Positions 26,901 to 35,000 of a stretch of DNA of 64,000 nt are shown piece by piece. Under the pieces are notes generated by a model. The model saw only the letters and a list, made by a program, of their open reading frames with translations, did no database searches and had not been told where the DNA came from. The position numbers were made by a program, and so were the translations under genes. Each line of letters begins with the position of its first letter. Position 1 is the first letter of the stretch. The DNA lies in the NCBI RefSeq assembly GCF_036321535.1, contig NC_087437.1, forward strand, positions 120,778,001 through 120,842,000, read 5' to 3'. Origin of the DNA: Camelus dromedarius. Taxonomy: Eukaryota.

Positions 26901-29900
26901 CATCCGGGGGTCACATCCCTCTGCCCCACACACGCGGCGTCTTTGTGTCCTTGTGGCCACGCAGCCCCTCGGGTCAGCAGCTCTGTCCCTGCCCCACCCC
27001 GGCGCCGGTGCTTGACGGGAGAGTCGCTGGGCAAGGCCCCTCTGGGACAGTGTTTGGCCTTGTTAGCTCCCAGAGAAATGTTCTGTCTCGGTAGCAGGCT
27101 TTTTAAAATTCCGAAATCTTTTCTTTGGACACGTCGCTGTCCCAGCAGAACGCTTTGCAGTCGGGTTGTGCTGTGATCACTACCTATGGCTGCTGTGACG
27201 TCGGTACCTTCACGCTTGTTAAGTGGAGCACGGGTTGCCGGCGGTGGACTGCGGTTCCACACCGACCACAAGAAGTGGAGATGGAGAGGTCTACTGCTCA
27301 CGGGCCCTGGAGGAGGGACGCGGCCTGCGCCGGGGCCACACAGGGAGGGCAAGGCCGCGCGCAGACAGGGAGGCAGGGCCTGGGCCACGTGCCTTTGAGT
27401 GGGTCTGTGGAGCGTCAGGGGTTCCTATGCCTGGATCAGTCAGTTCACACCACAGAGCGGGTTTCATTCAGCCCCACGGGGGTCTCATCTGAGGGGCACG
27501 TAGGCGGAAGGCCCTGGGAGGCCGGGAGACGGTTAATCACAAGGGATGTGGGAAAAGTCGTATCAGGGACTTCCATCTGCTTGTGACTGTGGGCTGCTGT
27601 CTGGGACGAGCACTGGTGTGAGGGGCCAGTGTCAGTTTAAGGTCCCTGCAGGCCGCTCAGTCAAGCAGGACGGTTGGTGAGGCAGCGATACCCCAGAGAA
27701 GCTGAGCTGCGCCCTGGACGGTGTCCTGAAAGGAGGAGTGCTGACCCTCAGAAGCAGGGCTGCCTGCGGGGCTGTCTGTCTCCCCGTGCAGACCTTGGGT
27801 CTTTGCTGGTCCTGGATGGGGTGCGGGTGAACAGGTGTGAAAACCAGGTCAGTAGGTCAGAGGCAGAGACACTGTGGAGGCGGCTGGTTGTGGACTTGGT
27901 ACTGGATGATCCCAGGGAACTGGCGTTCATGTTGTGATTACTGATGCTGTGCTTTCGTGAGAACGTGTCCGTGGTTTTAGTAGCGCGTTCTGCAGCCGTG
28001 GGGTGAACTGACGGGCTGGCTGGCCTCTGCCCTGAAATAGCCCAGGCACTTGGATAGGGAGGACCCGCAGACGGGGGAGGGGCCCGGCAGGCGGTGGTGA
28101 CCCTGAGTCTGCAATAGGCTCGCGGGGGCTGGCGGGGCCTGGACGGATCCCGCGGAGGGAGACTGAAGGCTCTCGAGGCGGGGCTTCCCCAGAACGTGGT
28201 CTGTGCTGGGGGCCGGTCCGGGGGCGCAGCTGATAACGTGGCCTGCATGGAGCAGCGGCTCTCGCTCCGGTCTGCAGGCAGGACCCTGCGGCCTCACGTG
28301 GCATTTCTTCAGAGTGTTTGCGTGTCTGCTCTGTATCTTCTCTCCTTTCTTTCAGACGCTGTACAGTGTGACAGCTGAGATCTCGCCCCCACCGGGGGCC
28401 GAGCTCTGTAAGACGGGCGCCCTCTGCTCCTTGGAGGTGACCATCACACGGCTCGCCGACCTCTTGGAGGTGGACAAGGATGAGGCGCTGACAGAATCTG
28501 CGGAGTATTTTTCGACAAAGCTTATGTACGAAGGTAGGTCTGGAAGTGGCTCTCCCCTTGGTGGTGAGACATTCTAGAATTAAAAGAGCGTTTGAATGTT
28601 GCGTGATACAACGTGGCCCTGGGCTCGCAGGGTGTTGAACCTGGTTCCTGTGGAGTCATCTAGGAGGTGTTCAAGCCGTTGAGGGGCTTGGGGCTGAGCC
28701 CGTCCTCTACCCGTGAGGCAGGGTCTGCGTGTCCTCCGTGAGCGGAGTCCAGGCTCCATCGCTCAGCCATCCGGGCATCCTGTGGTCAGGCTCCTGCCCT
28801 TTTCCCTCCAGCCTCCTGTCACCCCCCTTCTCGGCTCCTCCTCCCTCCCTGGTCTGCCGGATCCCCCTCTGCAGCCCCCTTGTCGGGGGCCTTCACTGCT
28901 TCAGCAGTGAAGTTGTCAGGCTTTTCATGTGCCAGAAATAAATATGGAGGCAGATATTTGTGTACTTATTTTAAAATAAAAGGAAACCTGCTACATGATG
29001 TTACTCTGGAAAAAACTGTTTTCCAAAACACGAAACCATAGCAAGAAGAATGGCGTGGTTCTGCATCTTCTCACGTCTCTGCCGTGTGTGGCTGGGGGAA
29101 GGCGCCCGAGTCCCCGCCTGGCGCATCCAGGCTGCGGTAGCAGCCCGAGCTGGGGGAAGGCATGGAGGGAGTCCGGTCCTGCATGGATACGTGGCTGGGA
29201 AAGGAGGATGCACCTAGCAGCCTTCAGATAACTGGATAGTTCTCTCTGACGCCCCCGACACCTGACAGGTGGTGGCTTTTTACAGGCTAGTTACCGCGTG
29301 GACTCTTGAACCACATGTGTGAGCTCAGCTCCTCAAAGCGCTTTGGTCTGTCTTGCATCTTGAAGGGCTCTTCCGCTCTGGCACCACCTCGTGGCACCAT
29401 GCTTCGGTCACTAGGGAAAGTGGTGCCCGAGTCACGCAGGCCTGCGCGGTGCAGCAGCCTTCAGTGCCCGGCTCACCCTGAACCCACCAAGATCATCAGT
29501 GTTGAAGACACTGCCGCGCATGAGACTCTCTGAGGCACTGGAGGAGGCGCTGAGTGCTTGCCAGACGTCTTTTCTTCCCATCTTGCCAGGGGCTCCCGCG
29601 AGGGCAGAGTTGGGAGGCAGACCCATGGGTTGGTGCCGGGCGAGCCACACCCTGCTCCGTCCGCATCCCTGATGGGACAGCATGAGCGGCCGCGCCCTTG
29701 GTTCTTTACACGCAGAGCTTTCAAAACAGAACTGAGTTACCGTTCGCTTACTAACCTGAGAAGACAGTGGTCTTCCTCATGCTCCTAACATATATCTTAG
29801 TTATTGGACCAAGTGTGTTTCATTTTAAGGCGCAGTTACAAGATGTTGAGGTCTCGGTCTGTGCTCCAGTGTTCGGGTCTGTTGGTGCCTCTGCTCTGGT

Positions 29901-30611
29901 GTGAGCGCTGAAGGCCCTTCCTGGTGACAGCCGTGCTCTCTGTTTCAGTCGTGGACAACAGCAGCAATTGGGCCGTGTGCGGGAAGAGCTCCGGCGTCGT
30001 CTCCATGCCCGTGTGTGCTCGGGCCACTCACAGAGTCCACATGGAGGTGATGCCCCTCTTCGCGGGCTACCTCCCCCTCCCCGATGTCAGGCTGTTCAAG
30101 TACCTCCCCCATCACTCTGCACACTCCTCACAGCTGGATGCCGGTAAGGGCGCGGTCCGTGCCAAGGTGGGATAAGGTGGCCCCGTGGGATCTGACACCA
30201 GACACCTAGTTGGGCTCGCGTCTCGCCACCTACTGGGAGAGCGAGCCCCCAAGGCCCCTGCCCGAGATTCCCTTCACACCCCTGTGCCCTGAAGCTTGCT
30301 GTTCCGGGAAGGGGAGTCGGGGGTGGGTTGAGGTCAGCATGGCCTCTGCCTCACCCCCTGTGCATTTTGCAGACAGCTGGATAGAAAACGACGGCCTGTC
30401 AGTGGACAAGCACGTGGACGAGCAGCTGGACAGCAGCAGCATCAGGAGCAGGGGCAGTGGGCACTCAGCCGCCAGCAGTGAGCACAAGGGCTTGCCCATG
30501 CCCCGGCTGCAGGCGCTGCCCCCCGGCCAGGTCTTCAACTGCAGCGCGGGCACGCAGGTCCTGGTCGTCCCCAGCAAGGATGACCACGTTCTGGAAGTCA
30601 GTGTCACATGA
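4707..30611 (+). CDS. TRAPPC10: TRAPPC10 (TRAPPII subunit, Trs130 orthologue), 3' part; 16 coding exons (exons 8-23 by human numbering), 5' exons lie upstream of the window
   Basis: Spliced exons 4707-4853, 5495-5609, 6455-6531, 7322-7413, 9458-9598, 9880-9992, 12448-12962, 13707-13848, 15425-15583, 16362-16591, 21629-21729, 23030-23156, 24158-24328, 28356-28533, 29949-30143, 30373-30611 total 2742 nt (913 aa + TGA) with consistent phases and GT-AG ends. Translation ([29 protein letters not shown]...[10 protein letters not shown]) matches mammalian TRAPPC10 as I recall it. Confidence 0.97.
5495..5609 (+). CDS. TRAPPC10: TRAPPC10 exon (~9)
   Basis: cag|CTGAAG...ACAG|gtacct; [38 protein letters not shown]. 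Confidence 0.95.
6455..6531 (+). CDS. TRAPPC10: TRAPPC10 exon (~10)
   Basis: aag|CCAAC...TACTTA|gtaagt; [26 protein letters not shown]. Confidence 0.95.
7322..7413 (+). CDS. TRAPPC10: TRAPPC10 exon (~11)
   Basis: cag|GACTTG...TACAT|gtaatt; [30 protein letters not shown]. Confidence 0.93.
9458..9598 (+). CDS. TRAPPC10: TRAPPC10 exon (~12), followed by the U12-type intron
   Basis: aag|GAGGAAG...GAGAA|gtatcctttaa; [46 protein letters not shown]. Confidence 0.93.
9599..9879 (+). other. U12-type (minor spliceosome) GT-AG intron of TRAPPC10
   Basis: 5' splice site GTATCCTTTA matches the U12 consensus RTATCCTTT. Branch site CCTTGAC (9862-9868, A at 9867) lies 12 nt from the terminal AG, with no polypyrimidine tract. 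Confidence 0.9.
9880..9992 (+). CDS. TRAPPC10: TRAPPC10 exon (~13)
   Basis: cag|CTACCTG...CCAG|gtgagg; [37 protein letters not shown]. Confidence 0.94.
10493..10910 (-). mobile_element. Old L1 (L1MB-like) 3'-end fragment
   Basis: aacagctttattgag...ttttagaacatttttatcacccc...ctactttctgtctctgtagat...ggacatttcatgtaagtggaatcacac. Confidence 0.7.
11150..11490 (-). mobile_element. MaLR (MLT1/MST-like) solo LTR
   Basis: ctcacagttctggaggctgg...ggtgaggcctctcttcctgg...ggccccacctccaaac...ttcagtccatag, typical MaLR LTR motifs in reverse orientation. Confidence 0.65.
12448..12962 (+). CDS. TRAPPC10: TRAPPC10 exon (~14)
   Basis: cag|GTCAC...ACGCAG|gtaggc; [18 protein letters not shown]...[12 protein letters not shown] (within ORF 12414..13031). 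Confidence 0.96.
13707..13848 (+). CDS. TRAPPC10: TRAPPC10 exon (~15)
   Basis: cag|GCCAGG...GCCG|gtgagt; [15 protein letters not shown]...[10 protein letters not shown]. Confidence 0.95.
14906..15092 (-). mobile_element. (TG)n(TA)n(T)n compound microsatellite/poly(A) tail plus short L1 3'-end
   Basis: About 12 TG, about 9 TA and more than 30 T, then ttacaatgttgtgtcagtttctggtgtacagcat, typical of the reverse strand of an L1 3'UTR end. Confidence 0.7.
15425..15583 (+). CDS. TRAPPC10: TRAPPC10 exon (~16)
   Basis: tag|ATAGC...AGAG|gtgagg; [19 protein letters not shown]...VIYSNTR. Confidence 0.95.
16362..16591 (+). CDS. TRAPPC10: TRAPPC10 exon (~17)
   Basis: tag|AAAAG...CACAGA|gtaaga; [21 protein letters not shown]...TTDHR. 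Confidence 0.95.
17190..20908 (+). mobile_element. L1 LINE (ORF1 remnant, internally deleted ORF2, 3'UTR, poly-A) in sense orientation in a TRAPPC10 intron
   Basis: ORF1 peptide [40 protein letters not shown] (17461-17620); ORF2 peptides including RT-like LFADDMILY (ttatttgcagatgacatgatatta, about 19707) and [20 protein letters not shown]-tail 20891-20907. Confidence 0.92.
18495..18657 (+). mobile_element. tRNA-derived SINE (camelid-type) inserted into the L1
   Basis: GGGGAGGGTGCAGCTCAGTGGTAG (A box)...GGTCCTGGGTTCAACCCCAG (B box)...TACCTCCATTAAATAAA, C-run and A-rich tail; degenerate target duplication agactcacttcag / agacccattttag. Confidence 0.8.
21629..21729 (+). CDS. TRAPPC10: TRAPPC10 exon (~18)
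   Basis: cag|GTGTCC...ACACG|gtaagg; [33 protein letters not shown]. Confidence 0.95.
23030..23156 (+). CDS. TRAPPC10: TRAPPC10 exon (~19)
   Basis: tag|GAAGTAT...CAGCAG|gtaccc; [20 protein letters not shown]...TDSQQ. Confidence 0.95.
24158..24328 (+). CDS. TRAPPC10: TRAPPC10 exon (~20)
   Basis: cag|CACGTC...TTTTTT|gtatgt; [16 protein letters not shown]...YEFQVDNFF. Confidence 0.93.
25350..26640 (-). mobile_element. Old L1 3'UTR/ORF2 fragment, GC-drifted
   Basis: agctttatggagatgtagtttgcacacc..., gagcatcttccttgtgcttttcggccatttgtgcatcttctttggagag, ttcttgatggtgtcctttgaagcaca, ttttcttcttagagtttatagttttagctct. Confidence 0.75.
28356..28533 (+). CDS. TRAPPC10: TRAPPC10 exon (~21)
   Basis: cag|ACGCTG...GAAG|gtaggt; [12 protein letters not shown]...FSTKLMYE. 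Confidence 0.95.
28950..29430. mobile_element. hAT/Charlie-like DNA transposon fragment
   Basis: ttttccaaaacacgaaaccatagcaagaagaatggcgtggttctgcatcttctcacgtctct resembles Charlie1 as I recall it; not verified. Confidence 0.5.
29949..30143 (+). CDS. TRAPPC10: TRAPPC10 exon (~22)
   Basis: cag|TCGTG...GCCG|gtaagg; [15 protein letters not shown]...HSSQLDA. Confidence 0.95.
30373..30611 (+). CDS. TRAPPC10: TRAPPC10 last coding exon (~23)
   Basis: cag|ACAGC...[19 protein letters not shown]...[10 protein letters not shown]. Confidence 0.96.
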
Positions 30612-33600
30612 CCGCGCCCCGGCCGCACCCCCAGGCCGGCGTGTGTGCGCCTGAGGGGACCCGGCCGGCAGCTGTCTGCCGTGACTTCTAGCTCTAACCA
30701 GACTTCCAGGTCCTGCCCGGCGTGGCGGCCGCAGAGAGTGTTCGGTGTTCGGCTGGCCCACGGAGCCGCGTCGTTCTTTTGTGTTGTCTGTGGCGTGGAG
30801 TCCTCGCTGTTTTTCTCCGCTCCCGACCCCGTGCCCTGCTTCCTCTGGCGTTTGCCCAGCGCCCCACTCTGACACCACTCACCCTGCTCGTGGACGCGCT
30901 TTCCAGTGGTCTCTCCCACCCCACGGCAGTCTGCCGGTTCTGGGCGGAAGTCCAGGTGTGCGTCAGGTGTGCACATAGCAGGCCTCGCTGTCTCGTTAGT
31001 GACCCGTGTGTGTCACACGGCTGCCCGGTGTCTGGACCAGGTGGATTTGTAAGTCTCCTCAGGGGTAACACACAGCTCTTTACCCCACGTCATCTGGTTG
31101 TGCTTTTCTCCAGTAACACCCCTTCTGGGCAGGTGGGTGGGGCTGGGGGTGGGTGGGGCTGAGGGTGGGGTGGGGAGGGAACAAACCCCTTCTGTGCCTT
31201 GGGAGGTCAGACTGGGTGGGCCTGGAGCACCCATTAGCTGGAGCCATTTTAAAGGTACTGTAGGACAACTGGGCCAGGGCATGAGAAACAGCGCGGTATT
31301 GAACAATTTAGGAAGAAAAGTTTCTGGAACCCTTTCTCCCACCCTCACCATGTTGATTAGGTATCACATGCACTTGGAATTAAATGTGTGTTTATTTAAT
31401 TGTCACATATGTGGGGGTTAATACGTTGCATTGTTTTTCTCTCACCTTTAAAGTCTTTACATGTAATTGTAACTGTATAATCTATTTTTCTTTTGCACCT
31501 TAAGTCTCAGAAATTAAGAGGTTCCACTTAAATGAAGATTCGGGGTCTCTCAGTGTACTTCTAGTCTGGTCGTAGGAAGGATGAAAGTCTGGGACTACTC
31601 TCTGCTGTCCGCTAAATCGCAGTCATACCAATGGATTAACTTGCTTTAGGTTGTAAATTTAATTGTACATAAAGTTGATTTATTATTTTTAAAAGTACAA
31701 ACTAACTGATGTAATGTTTATGTATAAGTTGCACCAAAAATCAAGGACAAAATAAATGTGTGTGTTTCTATTGGTGTGAAAGTCACAGCTTGTAAATAAA
31801 TGTTGTGTGTATTAACCCTTTTCCAGCTCTCCAAAGCGAGGTATTTTTGTACATATGAAATAGAGAACTCTTAATTCACTGGGGAAGAGTGGTTGGAGTT
31901 GAACTTGGCCAGATTAATGCAAGTGAGTGAGTGTAGTCAGGTCGAGCGGAGGATGGGGCGTCCTGTGAAGAACCTCAAGTGTGTGAGCCTTAGAGAAAAG
32001 GAGCCTTCTGCAGCTGCCACCGTCCCTGCCTGTCCCCTGCCTGCAGCGGTGGGCGGTGAGAAGGCACAGGTCAAGATGGGTGCAGAGCACATCTGTGAAG
32101 TCTTCTGATGTGGTCTCCTAGCTCATTTAACGAATAAAGGTGGTGAATCCCCCTCCGTGTCCTTCACTTATAGAAACTGGAGACGTGTACAAAGAAGATA
32201 GTACTTGTGTGTCTCATTAAACCTTTCAGAAACGTTCTTTCCTTATGTGCAGTTTAAAACCAGTAAACTTGGTCAGCTGGTTAGGCAAGCTAGAACTTCA
32301 GCATCTAACGACAGTTTAGGGTTCCTAAAGTAAACTGGTTTTATTGTAAAAATTGATTGCCCTACAGGTCTGCCACGCCCCATGTGTGAAGAGACCTTTC
32401 AGATTTGTCAGAAAAGCGTCTACCGCATGGCGAGCCTCGGAGCCCCGGGAAGGAGCCCCTCCTCCAAGTATAACGAGCTTCCCGGCTCACCTGGAAGGGG
32501 GGCGTGATCACTGGTTAGGTTACCCTATTTCTGTTGGACTTCTGTGCTGGGTTCCAATTCCGGGATGAAATTCTCTAACTACATACCTATTCAGAAGGGA
32601 AAAAAATGAAGGGGAAATCCAGAATGTTTATGGTGGTTTCTTATGTCTGGAAATTGAATGAAATCGAAATGATCAGAGGTTTGGATTTTTTCCCCCTAAT
32701 TACCCAAAAGATCTTTTGCAATCTTCAATTACATGGGCTCCTCGGGGTTTTTGTTTGTTTGTTTTGTTTTTTAACACCAGTGTATAATGTCATCTAAAAT
32801 TTGTTTTTTTTTTAAACTAAAAGGCTGTAGTTGGATTTTTGTTGTGTTTAAAATAAAATAGGGCTTACGGGTTTGAGACAAGCTGATTTTGCTGGTAAAG
32901 GTGTAGCAGCTGTTAAGTAACTGTGAAGCCAGATACAGACTGTGCGTCTAAAAAACAGAATATGCAGCCAGTTTACAAATATCTGTGAGACATGTAAATA
33001 CTAGCAAATGAAAAAGAAAAGTTATAATTTTGGTGAATTTCATGGGGCCTCCTGTGATAGGAAAAATTATAACTCTGCTGATTCTAATGTGGAAATTGTG
33101 GTATTTAATCTGAAAATGACTTCTACCTGCAGTTCCATTGTAGTGGGCCAGATTCCTGTGTTAGTCCCTGCTGATGAGGCTAGACACCCCGTAAGAGCGG
33201 AGAAGACACACAGGCTTCTACTCAGCTTTTCTTTAGTGTTTAAAATAAGTTTGTGTTACAAAATGAAATTAAACACTCCAGGTATGTATATACGATGAAA
33301 ACTTATACTACTTTTTTTAATAAAAGATCAAACTAGACTGAGCTAAATGTTTTATTGTCAACTGTGATCTTTAAAATAAATCCTATGTGGTTTTAAAATC
33401 TGATTTTTCATGAAAATGCCCCTTTCTCTAAATTTATTCATCCTGTATGTCAGGCTGTAAGACCTGAAGGCATTGTTAATACCGTTTGCTGGGATTCTGT
33501 GGCTGGAAAAGGTGACAAGTTGGTGACTTTGATACTGCAGGTATTAATACCATTTTCATGGTTTACTATGAAAGTCATTTTTCACGTTATTCTGTAATAT

Positions 33601-33680
33601 ATTGTTAGACTAAAACCATTGTATTAAGACTTTAAAATGTAAGCATTATAATTCTGAAAATACACATTTTAAGAAGAAAC
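30612..33680 (+). other. TRAPPC10: TRAPPC10 3'UTR (3' end approximate) with candidate poly(A) signals
   Basis: AATAAA at 31751, 31795 and 33375 within AU-rich blocks; the actual cleavage site cannot be determined from sequence alone. Confidence 0.6.
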
Positions 33681-34049
33681 TTGCTGTTCTGAACTTCATT
33701 TTGCTGTGGAGTGTGAAAATTGAGCCTGTAAAGTTAAAGAATTGTTTTCTTTCCCCGATCCTTGTTCCTGACTCGAAGCATAGATTATTTACTTTTGGGG
33801 GCGCACTAGGGCTTTTTTTCACAACTTGCTGCGAAGTAGCTCCCAAGTGGTAAGACTTTTGAGTCTCCAGTTTTCGGGTGGTAGACATAGTTGCCATCCT
33901 CAAATTTGACAACGCAACTGCCTCTGTCATCGCTCTTACAATTTCTTCGGAAACGTTCAGTTTCCAATTTAAGAGTCTCCTTTCGGTCCCCATTTCATAA
34001 TCTAGAGCTTTTAAACAAGTAAGCATGGGGTCGGACCTTCTCATCCTCC

Positions 34050-35000
34050 GTAGTGCCTGAACGGTTTGTGGGAGCCATGGGCGGAGCCCCAGCCCGCCTA
34101 GCGGTGAGGATCCGAGCCGGGACTGCGGTGGGCGGGGCCGGAGGGCGGGAACCCACGTCTCAGGGGCGGGGCCTGCTGGCTGGGACTCCGCCTCAGGGCG
34201 GGGCCGGCCGGGGCACCCACGCTTTGGGGGGCGGGACTAGCAGGTTGGGACCCCCTCCCCACCTCCGGCGGCAGCGCTCCTCCCTTCCGCGGGGGGGTGC
34301 TGTGGCGCGCCGCCGCGCTCTCGCCCCGGAAGTGTTTCCTGCGGGCCGGTGGGCGGGGCGCAGAGGCTGCAAGCAACACATGTGCAGCTCCCGCGATGAA
34401 GTTCGCGTACCGGGTGAGCGCCGCCCGCGGTCGGGGGGTCGTTGGGTGGGGAGGAGGGTGCAGGGAACTTAGTCCGGGGGTGCGGGTGGGGTCGCTGCCC
34501 GAGACTGCTCCCTCGGGGGCCAGAGAGCCGCCTGGGCGGGCCAGGTACCGCAGCACCGGTCCCTCCGGGCCTGGGGTCGTGAGGGGCCGCAGCGCGGTGG
34601 ACGGGGACGCAGGGGCGAGCGGCAGATGGCGGATGTGGGCGGGAAGGCAGGAGCCCTGCGGGAGGGTTTGGCTGAGCTCCGAGCAGGGCAGCGGAAGCCA
34701 GCCTGGACTGAAGTCCCGGTTCCCGGAGCCGCGGCGAGCGACGTGGGAAGGACGCGGGGGCAGAGGGCGGGGAGACGGGTGCCGAGCCCCCGGGACGCGC
34801 TGCTGCATCTTGCCCACGTGTCGGGACCCTTGGCGCAGCGGGCCACCCGCGGTCTGGAGCCCGGGGCGTTCGCGCGCCCCGCCTCCTGCTGCCACTCCCC
34901 TGAAGCTTGTTTCTCCTCCGGGCCGCCGCTTCCGGCCTTTCGCCAACGGTCAGGGCCCAGCTCCTTACAGGCTTGGCCTGGCCCTGGCCACAGCGCGGGC
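34050..35000. promoter_or_regulatory. CpG-island promoter of PWP2
   Basis: Dense CpG, several GGGCGG(GG) Sp/KLF boxes in 34130-34360, ETS/GABPA-type CCGGAAGTG at 34326-34334, no TATA box; spans PWP2 exon 1. Confidence 0.85.
34396..34413 (+). CDS. PWP2: PWP2 exon 1 (coding part)
   Basis: ATGAAGTTCGCGTACCGG|gtgagc; MKFAYR. Confidence 0.93.
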
